The position numbers and the translations under genes are program-made. Shown piece after piece: positions 9,942 to 17,750 of a DNA stretch of 64,000 nucleotides. Below the pieces are notes generated by a model that did not search any database, was not told where the DNA came from, and was given only the letters and a program-made list of their open reading frames with translations. Source of the DNA: an uncultured Oscillospiraceae bacterium. GTDB taxonomy: Bacteria > Bacillota > Clostridia > Acetivibrionales > DTU013. The stretch lies in the NCBI GenBank assembly GCA_964512095.1, contig CAZEIH010000001.1, positions 126,091-190,090 of the forward strand, in the 5' to 3' direction. The stretch's first letter is position 1. Every line of letters begins with the position of its first letter.

Positions 9942-9987
9942 GTCTTCAGAAGAGGCCAACCTCTTTAGGTCTGCGATGAATGAAGAC
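9942..9987. repeat. 46-bp palindromic element, copy B
   Basis: Intergenic. On the minus strand it starts 3 nt after the stop of the ABC-2 permease gene and ends 51 nt before the HlyD-like start. Confidence 0.7.
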
Positions 9988-9990
9988 GTA

Positions 9991-10779
9991 TTAATTAACT
10001 TCCTCCTCCTGACTCCCTGAGCGAAGCGAATTGACTTTAGAATAATATACTGCATTAAAAATCGCCGGCACAATAAAGGTCAGTAAAGATGACAATATAT
10101 ACGGTACATAATTCCGAATTCGAAAAAGCACAAATCTTGGATCCAAATCCAACTGCATCGACTGTATGATGTAGTATGGCACATTCCACGGTAGTATCCT
10201 CAAATAATCAGCCCCTGTAAGCTGGGGATTCATTATGTAAATCAGGACTGACAATGCAACAGGTAGCACATAGGTTCTACTGACAATACACACCATAACG
10301 CAGATTGGTACCACTGAAAAAAACAGTAGAATAACTGCTAAACAAACTTTAAAGTGATAATATATTAATTGCCAGTTCATCTTCCCCCCAATGACCAATA
10401 TGCCGAACAAAATAGTTAGAAAAAATACGGCAAGTACCATAATAGAAGTAATAATAAGAATCACAACATGCTTTGAAATCATGAACATTGGCCTTGCATA
10501 TGGATACATAAACTGATTCACGATTTCACTATTCTTATACTCCGTTACAAAAATCCAAATTGCTATGAAAATAATTGACATCATCAATATTCCATTTGAC
10601 ATTTCTAACTCAACAAAAGGAAGTAGATAATTCATATCAATTACATTACCGTAACTATTCCGAACACGAATCCAGTTTATAATGCCCAGCGTAACAGGAA
10701 CAACAATACCGACAGGGATCAGCAATAATATTTTTGTCCTCTTCAATTTCATGAATTCAGTAAAAATCAAGTTGTGCAA
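9991..10779 (-). CDS. ABC-2 type permease (lantibiotic-immunity-like)
   Basis: 262 aa with about 6 TM segments, directly downstream of the ABC NBD gene (2-nt gap). TTG start. Confidence 0.65.
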   Translation of the reverse strand: MHNLIFTEFMKLKRTKILLLIPVGIVVPVTLGIINWIRVRNSYGNVIDMNYLLPFVELEMSNGILMMSIIFIAIWIFVTEYKNSEIVNQFMYPYARPMFMISKHVVILIITSIMVLAVFFLTILFGILVIGGKMNWQLIYYHFKVCLAVILLFFSVVPICVMVCIVSRTYVLPVALSVLIYIMNPQLTGADYLRILPWNVPYYIIQSMQLDLDPRFVLFRIRNYVPYILSSLLTFIVPAIFNAVYYSKVNSLRSGSQEEEVN

Positions 10780-10781
10780 GA

Positions 10782-11705
10782 TTACCCTCCGGTCAAACTC
10801 AAAAAATGATCCTCCAGCGTATTTGTTTCAATCCTAATCTCTATTACACTAATACCCTCCTGCATAAGCGTACGGTTGATGTCAGCTGTGTTTTCATTGC
10901 TGTTATATATTTGGAATAGATTGTCTTGAACAATCCTGTAATCACGGATTCCCATTTTCTCTTCAAAAACAAGCGATGCCTTTCTGCTATCATTTACTCT
11001 AAGCTCAATATAATTTCTGTTTGCTTTACAAAAATCTAATGGATCAATTTCATCCACAAGACTCCCCTTATGTACTATCCCAATCCTGCTGGCAATTTGA
11101 TCTGCCTCGCTCAATATGTTTGTAGATAAAATCACTGTAACACGCTGATATAACGAGAGATCCAGTAATAACTTCCTAATATCACGAATCCCCGCCGGAT
11201 CCAGCCCACTTAAGGGATCCTCTAGAATCAGTAAATCCGGATTGTGTACCAAAGCTCTAGCCAAGGATATCTTTTGTTTAGTCGCAAACGATAGATTCTT
11301 AACAAGGTGGTGCTTGTATTCATATAAACCTAGACGTTTTAATGCCTGCTCCACATATGAGGAATCAGGAATACTCATCAATCGCCTATGGAGCTCCATA
11401 TTCTCAAAAACTGTCAGGTTGGGATATAAGCCGGGTTCTGTCAAGGTTGAGCCGACTCGCCGCAGATACCTGTATTCTGAGGTGTTCACCTCTCTTCCAA
11501 ACAATTCGATTGAGCCTGATGTAGGCCTTACTAGTCCGGTAAACATTCTAATAATTGTATTAACACCTGAATCGCTACGTCCCAGTAAAGTATATATCTC
11601 TCCTCTTTTAACGCTAATATTAATTTTATTAATACTATGGCAGTTCTTAAAATCCTTTGACAGATTGTATGCTTTTAGTACTTCCGAAATCATACCCTCC
11701 TTCAC
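10782..11705 (-). CDS. ABC transporter nucleotide-binding-domain protein with degenerate catalytic motifs
   Basis: 307 aa with overall NBD layout. Walker A is GRSDSGVNT (Lys absent), the signature is LSFAT, Walker B is LLILEDP, and the switch region is STN instead of SSH. Confidence 0.8.
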   Translation of the reverse strand: MKEGMISEVLKAYNLSKDFKNCHSINKINISVKRGEIYTLLGRSDSGVNTIIRMFTGLVRPTSGSIELFGREVNTSEYRYLRRVGSTLTEPGLYPNLTVFENMELHRRLMSIPDSSYVEQALKRLGLYEYKHHLVKNLSFATKQKISLARALVHNPDLLILEDPLSGLDPAGIRDIRKLLLDLSLYQRVTVILSTNILSEADQIASRIGIVHKGSLVDEIDPLDFCKANRNYIELRVNDSRKASLVFEEKMGIRDYRIVQDNLFQIYNSNENTADINRTLMQEGISVIEIRIETNTLEDHFLSLTGG

Positions 11706-11767
11706 ACTGCTATTCTATTATATAATGTCTTATCTTAAATAATCATGACTTAATTATTACAAAAGTC

Positions 11768-12682
11768 TTAAATTGATTTTTTTAGAAAGAAGCTAAGTGT
11801 TGTCTTTTCATTCGGTACAATACTAACACCGATTTCACCATTCATATTCTGCACTAACCTTTTTGCTATAGGCAGGCCAAGTCCGCTGCTTCCCTCACAA
11901 TGGTTTCGTGCAATATACAGTCTGGAAAATACGTCCTTTATTTCATCCTGACTGATTCCCTCTCCCTGATTCCATACATCTACCCACACCCTTTCTGGCT
12001 CCTCTCTCAAAGTGATGCCAAAGTAGCTCCCTGGTTTTCCATACCGCAATACATTAGATAGAAGGTTTTGAAGAATCCTATTGATACTGGTTTCATCTCC
12101 CCATACATACAAATCCTTTTCAGGAATATCGATTACAGCAGAAAGCTCTACTTTTATCAGATCCTGATACATAAAGCAGAGCATTTTTTTAACTAGTTCT
12201 GATAGATTCTGTTTTGTTAGTCTTACGTCAGTGTTGTCCGCTTCAAGCTTAGCGTACTCAAACATATCGTCTATGAATTTGTGTAGCCTTTCTCCCTTAC
12301 ACGCAACAATTTCTATATATCGATTTCTATCCCTCTCCACTAATGATGGCTTACTACTCAACTCATCAATATAGCCTAAAATAGATGTTAAAGGTGTTCT
12401 TATGTCATGGGACAAGTCTGAAATGAATTGTTTTGTCATAATTTCATTTCTTTTGATTTTCTCAACTATACCCTGATATTCTTGAATCAATGAGTTTATA
12501 CGTTGAGCTAGGGCACATATGGATTTTGAGTTATTGGAAACGTAGCATATTCTGCTTTTGTTTTCCAAAAGAATATCATCCAGAGTAACGGTGACCTCTC
12601 GCAGGCCTTTTATCAGTAGGTTAAGCTTTATGGACAATAACAAAACTGTAGTGCACAATAGCACAATAACAACATAAATCAT
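11768..12682 (-). CDS. Sensor histidine kinase (single N-terminal TM, HisKA + HATPase_c)
   Basis: H-box FISDLSHDIRTPLTSILGY. C-terminal ATPase motifs (NLLSNVLRYG, GSSGLGLPIAKRLV). Confidence 0.85.
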   Translation of the reverse strand: MIYVVIVLLCTTVLLLSIKLNLLIKGLREVTVTLDDILLENKSRICYVSNNSKSICALAQRINSLIQEYQGIVEKIKRNEIMTKQFISDLSHDIRTPLTSILGYIDELSSKPSLVERDRNRYIEIVACKGERLHKFIDDMFEYAKLEADNTDVRLTKQNLSELVKKMLCFMYQDLIKVELSAVIDIPEKDLYVWGDETSINRILQNLLSNVLRYGKPGSYFGITLREEPERVWVDVWNQGEGISQDEIKDVFSRLYIARNHCEGSSGLGLPIAKRLVQNMNGEIGVSIVPNEKTTLSFFLKKSI

Positions 12683-12745
12683 TGTTGGACCCTCACGAAG
12701 CTGATATTTGGTATCTTAAAAAGCATTTTCCTTCTGATGTCACAA

Positions 12746-13465
12746 TTAGGACCACAAAACAATTTCATCACAAAGCTCGTCCATGTCAATAATTTGAACA
12801 TCTTTACAAAACTCGCCACTTAATGAGCATGCTGCCACTTTATATTCCGAATCAATATGATACTGCCTAAAATAATAATGGCGTAGCAAATCCTCTGTAG
12901 CTAGACTAATAACCTGACTAGTATTATCTATAGAGATTGTAAAGGAATCCAACGGGATGGATAGCCCTCTGCCCACAGCTTTAACATAGCTCTCCTTCAA
13001 CGTCCACAAATCGTAGAAAAAAGCTTCTCTTTCATGTGTATCCTTTTGCATTATTGCCTCAGCCTCACGCTCTGAGAAAAAGCGATCTACTATACTGATA
13101 TCAATAGGCTTTATTTGTTCCACATCAATTCCCACCGGCAAATAGTCAATACCGCAGATCACCCATTTACCGGCATGCGAGATATTGTACTCAATTCCAT
13201 GATTACCTGTAAGAAATGGTTTGCCATATTCATTTTCACGAAACACCAGCTCCTGATTTTTGATTCTTAGCTTACTGCAAATCAAATATCTAGTTAGCAC
13301 ATCACCCATTAGGGTTCTTTGTGCATCCTCGTACTTGTAGAACCTTTGCACTCTCTGTCGTTTTTCCTCTGAAACGACTGATAGGAGCCGGATAAATATA
13401 TCATTTTCAAGTAAATGGTCCAAATTAATCCCATAAATTCTCAAACCCATATTTACTTCTTTCAT
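12746..13465 (-). CDS. Sfp-type 4'-phosphopantetheinyl transferase
   Basis: Motifs GKPFL, YNISHAGKWV, VGIDVEQI, WTLKESYVKAVG. The true start may be the internal MGLRIYG (13450). Confidence 0.85.
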   Translation of the reverse strand: MKEVNMGLRIYGINLDHLLENDIFIRLLSVVSEEKRQRVQRFYKYEDAQRTLMGDVLTRYLICSKLRIKNQELVFRENEYGKPFLTGNHGIEYNISHAGKWVICGIDYLPVGIDVEQIKPIDISIVDRFFSEREAEAIMQKDTHEREAFFYDLWTLKESYVKAVGRGLSIPLDSFTISIDNTSQVISLATEDLLRHYYFRQYHIDSEYKVAACSLSGEFCKDVQIIDMDELCDEIVLWS

Positions 13466-13672
13466 ATCCAGTTTTTAAGTAACATGTAATTTCGATGGGC
13501 ATAGCGTCGCCATTTAGCATATGTAGTAAGATAAGCTGTCAAGATTTATCATTGTGTTCCTCGCCTCTTGCCAACGTGTCCCACCATCGATTGGCCTTAA
13601 TCGAGTGCCTAATAAACAAAAACTTTGCTTAGTAACACTTGCTTACATTTGTATCAAAAATCGTCAAACAAT

Positions 13673-13701
13673 ATTTTACTTGAATATATCGGCTATGTCA
13701 A
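13673..13701 (-). promoter_or_regulatory. Sigma-A-type promoter: TTGACA, 17-nt spacer, TAAAAT
   Basis: Minus-strand TTGACA at 13701-13696 and TAAAAT at 13678-13673, with an exact 17-nt spacer. About 200 nt upstream of the PPTase start. Confidence 0.5.
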
Positions 13702-13859
13702 CAATTTTTTACATAACCTCCCACGAAGGGAGATTGTACTCGCCACTGAGTTTCATACCCGCTTCTATATCCACTGAATTTTCAGATTTTCTTTCCACCT
13801 GCATAAGGTTGTTGAGATCGTAGCTTTCTTCAGCATCGTCGTTCCTGTAAACGTTACCT

Positions 13860-15263
13860 CTATTGATTCTTTATAGATTTAATGACGCTATCTATGTCTC
13901 CATTACTATCCGATTTGCTAATTTCATGATCCAACTTACTATCATTTATAAATCTACCATCATCATTCTGGAGGTAAACCATTACAAACTTCAAAATGTC
14001 ACCTTTATAATCCTCAACCTCATAAATTATTATAACATCCTTCAACTTATCACTATTTACGTCCTCACATGCAATATCTGATAAATCAACACCGATAGGC
14101 ATATCCGGCAGAAATCTGTAAATTATGTCATCAGTATTGTCAGCCAGATATAATGCAATAAGCGGCTCACGAGAGCCACCAGATAACTTCAAAGGTATAA
14201 GTCTGATGTCTTCACGGGAACCCAGCTCTATACTAACAATATGTTGGTCGATAATAGTATTGTCTTGGCTATCCATATCCTCCAAATTAAATGGTCTGAA
14301 TAGATATATTCCTTCCTGCGGTTCAATATATTTCGATGTCTTTGTAAAATCGATATCTGCTTCGATCTCACCGTTTTCCATAAATATTAGTTTTATTGTC
14401 CCTTCATTACCAGTGCTGTCACTAAATTGACATTCAGCTATATTACCATTAACTTCTCCAGTTAGGTTTCTTATATCATAGCAGGAAGGTATAGCCAAAA
14501 CATTGGTACTTAACTGCCCGAACAATTCTGTACCTATAACCTTATTGATAGAGAAGGATACGATATTGTCATTGCTTTTTCCAATCCACGTTTTTCCAGT
14601 ATATCGTTCATAGTTAAAAACACTTTCTTGCACCGTGTCTTTGTTTTCAAGCACTTTCTCAAAATCCTTGATTAGCATTTTGTACTCAGCTCCATCTGTA
14701 TCGCTGAGTGTCTCTAAAACATTACTATATTTGCAAACTTTGCCGTCAATGACTATGTATTCTTCCTTGGTTTCCTTAATTATGTTATAGCCATCCTCAT
14801 AATATATCGGGTTGTCATATTGGATAACTGTTTCAATAAAGTATGTCATGAGTTCATCAATGTAGTAAATATTGTAACATTTTCTTCCCATTTCCCCATA
14901 AATATTCACTTCAATATACTTCAAACTGCCATTATCATAATAGCCCTCTATCGTCCCACCTTCAGCTGAAACAAAATAATCCCCTTGCTTTACAACATAA
15001 TTTCCTCTGTACTCATTAAAATCATGCATATAAGTTTGAATATCATGCTCAATGCTGTTAAAATCAGGCAACTCCGTATTCTCTTTATTGGGATATGGAT
15101 CTGAGTCATTATTGCTGACTGTGTTATCAATGTCTGCATTTTTATTTGCATTGTTGGCTGTGGTACCATCTGTGTCCACAATAAAATCAGGTCTAATGAT
15201 CCCGTAGGATGCAATAATTACAGAAAACACTAAAATTGATATAAATATAACGATTTTCTTCAT
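13860..15263 (-). CDS. Hypothetical membrane-anchored / secreted protein
   Basis: 467-aa ORF with an N-terminal hydrophobic anchor (IVIFISILVFSVIIASYGI). No recognisable domain. Confidence 0.55.
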   Translation of the reverse strand: MKKIVIFISILVFSVIIASYGIIRPDFIVDTDGTTANNANKNADIDNTVSNNDSDPYPNKENTELPDFNSIEHDIQTYMHDFNEYRGNYVVKQGDYFVSAEGGTIEGYYDNGSLKYIEVNIYGEMGRKCYNIYYIDELMTYFIETVIQYDNPIYYEDGYNIIKETKEEYIVIDGKVCKYSNVLETLSDTDGAEYKMLIKDFEKVLENKDTVQESVFNYERYTGKTWIGKSNDNIVSFSINKVIGTELFGQLSTNVLAIPSCYDIRNLTGEVNGNIAECQFSDSTGNEGTIKLIFMENGEIEADIDFTKTSKYIEPQEGIYLFRPFNLEDMDSQDNTIIDQHIVSIELGSREDIRLIPLKLSGGSREPLIALYLADNTDDIIYRFLPDMPIGVDLSDIACEDVNSDKLKDVIIIYEVEDYKGDILKFVMVYLQNDDGRFINDSKLDHEISKSDSNGDIDSVIKSIKNQ

Positions 15264-15660
15264 TATTGTACACTTCCAATCTTTTTATAAATCTCTTTTT
15301 CCCATTAATTTTTTAATGTTATTGGTCCACTCACTTGCTTTCCTGCAAAAGCACTAGGTATGGAGTCCCCTGGCCAAGATATTTCATATTTGGTAATGAT
15401 TAGAGCCGAATCGAAAGTAAGAGTCGCGCCTAAACTATCTTTTCAAACCTTGTATTAATTTGCATACCCGCCCTGTTAAGATTGTCTTCAGATACATAGA
15501 GCTTTATAGACTCAGCAACGCTTTAGACAATTGTTATTGGCTATCATAATAATACATAATCACGTATAAACTTTCAACCTTTTACTAGGAATGCCCTGGT
15601 TTACTAAAACAACTCGCCTCTTTTGGACTTTCACCACAGACTGATGGTATGCCCGACACA

Positions 15661-15695
15661 CCAAAAGCCGGAACAGCTCATTTTGCTGTTCCGGC
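15661..15695 (-). terminator. Rho-independent terminator downstream of the spoIIID 3' segment
   Basis: Stem GCCGGAACAGC / GCTGTTCCGGC (15667-15695), followed on the minus strand by TTTTGG. Confidence 0.65.
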
Positions 15696-15730
15696 TCATT
15701 ACCAGGGCTATATTGGTACAACATCTCCAT

Positions 15731-15886
15731 TTATACCGCTTTTGAGTTGCTCCCCTGATATTTTGCTTTTGTTGCTTCCCCTCCCCTGATATGCCTTTCT
15801 GCTTTGTTTTCCTCCAGAATGACCCTCACGTCTTCAGCAAGCTCAGGGCTCACCCTTAGCAATCGTTCCGTTACATCCTTGTGCAC
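15731..15886 (-). CDS. spoIIID: spoIIID 3' segment (C-terminal 49 codons plus stop) of a split gene
   Basis: Encodes VHKDVTERLLRVSPELAEDVRVILEENKAERHIRGGEATKAKYQGSNSKAV*, colinear with the C-terminal half of SpoIIID (KSTVHKD...RGG.GGE motif region). The upstream part of the 95-aa track ORF is element DNA. Confidence 0.85.
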   Translation of the reverse strand: MHKDVTERLLRVSPELAEDVRVILEENKAERHIRGGEATKAKYQGSNSKAV

Positions 15887-17489
15887 GGTTGTCAGTATCG
15901 GCGACGCTATTTTCAACAGGCGACATGAGGAATGTTCCCGACAAAAGAATAGGGAAGTTAAGGCCTTCCACGTCCTCGCTGATGTTGAAATAAACGTAGA
16001 TCTCATCCACAGACACAATTTTAATCTCTTTGATTATTTTCTTTAAGTCAGCATTCTCAATGCTTTCAGTAAAACTAAATTTATCAAAAATCTCAATAAA
16101 CTGCTTTAGACTCTCCCTGATCTGACGATTCAGTTCTCTGGTCTTGTCGGTGCTATCCAGCTTGAATGATAACCTTTCAATTTCGGCATTGATGGGAACC
16201 ATATCCTGCTTCGCTTCATCCATGGTAATAAGACCATTCACAGCCAATTCCTTTAGCCTGTCACGTTTGCTATGCAACTCACTTAGGTCTGCTTTCGCCT
16301 CATCAAGATCAATGCCATTGTTATCCCTGATATACTCCCTGATTAAACTATTGCACTTGCGCTCAACCTCATCAAAGAAAGATACTTTTCCCTCTACCAG
16401 ATAACTAAAAAGACTGTCCAATCCTTCTTTAAGCCAATCTTCATTTATTCTGGTGTATTCAGATTCGCAGCGGTTTTTGCCATAGGCACTTCTTTTAGAG
16501 CATGTCCACCAAACATACAACGGGCCATCTTTAGAGTGCCTTCTTTGATAACGCCTGTAAGAAAAACCGCATGAACCGCATTTAATTAAGTTGGAAAATA
16601 AATGCTTATTGCTCCTGCGTGAAAATATGTCTTGATAGAGTTCAGCGTTTTTCTTCGTCTGTTCCAGAGCCTTATAAAATTGCTCATCAGATATGATTCT
16701 AAACTCCGGTCTGTCCACCACATACCACTCTTCTTCCGGGTTTTCCTTGCGCTTGTTGGTAAATATATCTGTACTGCTCTCTTTGCCATTGATGACTTGG
16801 CCAATATATATTTCATTTCTCAAAATATTACCCACCGTGTTTTGCGACCAATTATAGTTGGGCTGTCCGTCTTTCAGTTTTTTGGTCTGCACTCGGTTCT
16901 CAAATAAATAGGAAGCGATTCTTGCCATGCCCCATTCTTCTTCCGTATATAAGTCGAAAATTTTCTTGACCCATTCGCTTTCTTCAGGGTTAGGCTCTAA
17001 ATTATATGCATCTATCCTATCATAGCCAAAGACGAAATTAGGCACACGGCCTTTTTCTTTGCCGAATTGCTTTCCAAACTTCACTTTTTCTGAGATGCGC
17101 TGGGATTCACTTTCAGCCAGCATAGCCATAAGATTTAAAGTGAAACCATCAATATCCTTGCCTTCGCCCATATTGACAAGATGCAGATTCACTCCATACA
17201 AGCTCAATTCTCTAGTAACGGTGATAAAATCAAGTGTGTTTCTAAAAAGCCTGCTGATATCTTTAACATAGAGCTTTTCAAATTCTCCACGCTTGGCGGC
17301 TTTTCTCAATCGCTGCAAATCTTTTCTGTTTTGCATCTTTGTAGCAGACTTGCCCTTATCACAATAAATCGCTACTAGTTCATCTCCCCTTTTGGGAATA
17401 TAGCTTTCAAAAAACTCACGCTGATTTTCCAGCGAGCTTTGTTGTTCTTCTTTATCTGTACTAACCCTAATATAAGCGACAGCCTTCAT
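15843..17489 (-). CDS. Large serine recombinase (rec1)
   Basis: 548 aa. N-terminal resolvase catalytic motif AVAYIRVSTDKEEQ, a recombinase domain, and a Cys-rich zinc-ribbon (CGSCGFSYRR...WWTCSKR...C). RBS GAGAGGTG. The ORF reads across attL into host DNA. Confidence 0.9.
   Translation of the reverse strand: MKAVAYIRVSTDKEEQQSSLENQREFFESYIPKRGDELVAIYCDKGKSATKMQNRKDLQRLRKAAKRGEFEKLYVKDISRLFRNTLDFITVTRELSLYGVNLHLVNMGEGKDIDGFTLNLMAMLAESESQRISEKVKFGKQFGKEKGRVPNFVFGYDRIDAYNLEPNPEESEWVKKIFDLYTEEEWGMARIASYLFENRVQTKKLKDGQPNYNWSQNTVGNILRNEIYIGQVINGKESSTDIFTNKRKENPEEEWYVVDRPEFRIISDEQFYKALEQTKKNAELYQDIFSRRSNKHLFSNLIKCGSCGFSYRRYQRRHSKDGPLYVWWTCSKRSAYGKNRCESEYTRINEDWLKEGLDSLFSYLVEGKVSFFDEVERKCNSLIREYIRDNNGIDLDEAKADLSELHSKRDRLKELAVNGLITMDEAKQDMVPINAEIERLSFKLDSTDKTRELNRQIRESLKQFIEIFDKFSFTESIENADLKKIIKEIKIVSVDEIYVYFNISEDVEGLNFPILLSGTFLMSPVENSVADTDNRAQGCNGTIAKGEP
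15880..15886. other. attL core: left copy of the 7-bp direct repeat TGTGCAC
   Basis: Identical heptamer at 38024-38030. It lies exactly at the point where SpoIIID-like coding breaks off. Confidence 0.75.
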
Positions 17490-17534
17490 ACGGATTCACC
17501 TCTCTGTCATATCTCCTATATATTTAATGGTTCT

Positions 17535-17563
17535 ATTATAACGAAATGAATTTTTTTGGTCAA
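17535..17563 (-). promoter_or_regulatory. Near-consensus sigma-A-type promoter for rec1: TTGACC, 17-nt spacer, TATAAT
   Basis: Minus-strand TTGACC at 17563-17558 and TATAAT at 17540-17535, with a 17-nt spacer. About 45 nt upstream of the rec1 ATG. Confidence 0.55.
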
Positions 17564-17564
17564 G

Positions 17565-17599
17565 AAATGAAAACAGGGCAGCTTATGCGCTGTCCTGTT
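17565..17599 (-). terminator. Hairpin plus T-rich tract between the small ORFs and the rec1 promoter
   Basis: Stem AACAGGACAGC / GCTGCCCTGTT (17572-17599), followed on the minus strand by TTTCATTTC. Confidence 0.5.
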
Positions 17600-17750
17600 C
17601 TGTGTATGTACTATCGGTTGAGTTAATGGATTTTATCGCCGCCGCTACGATGCTTTTGGCAACCCCTTGAGACAGTGCATCTAAAATATAACTTAGGATA
17701 GCGGGATCCAGGTTGCTTATTTCACTTTTTTTCTCTAACACCCCTTGCAC
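17583..17750 (-). CDS. Small ORF (55 aa, GTG start), candidate accessory or directionality factor
   Basis: VQGVLEKKSEISNLDPAILSYILDALSQGVAKSIVAAAIKSINSTDSTYTEQDSA. RBS GGGGGTGAG. A similar small ORF lies upstream of rec2. Below the ORF-track size cutoff. Confidence 0.4.
   Translation of the reverse strand: MQGVLEKKSEISNLDPAILSYILDALSQGVAKSIVAAAIKSINSTDSTYTEQDSA

Noticed and set aside
13554-13823. 89-aa plus-strand ORF, plus a possible 31-aa minus-strand peptide (about 13737-13832), in the gap upstream of the PPTase gene
   Set aside because: There is no RBS or recognisable domain, and the region holds the promoter and leader of the minus-strand operon. The small minus-strand peptide (MQVERKSENSVDIEAGMKLSGEYNLPSWEVM) was considered as a precursor peptide, but nothing supports it.
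15731-16018. 95-aa ORF as an independent gene
   Set aside because: Only its last 51 codons make sense, as the SpoIIID C-terminal half. The upstream part is an alternative frame of the rec1 3' end. It is interpreted as the 3' segment of split spoIIID.
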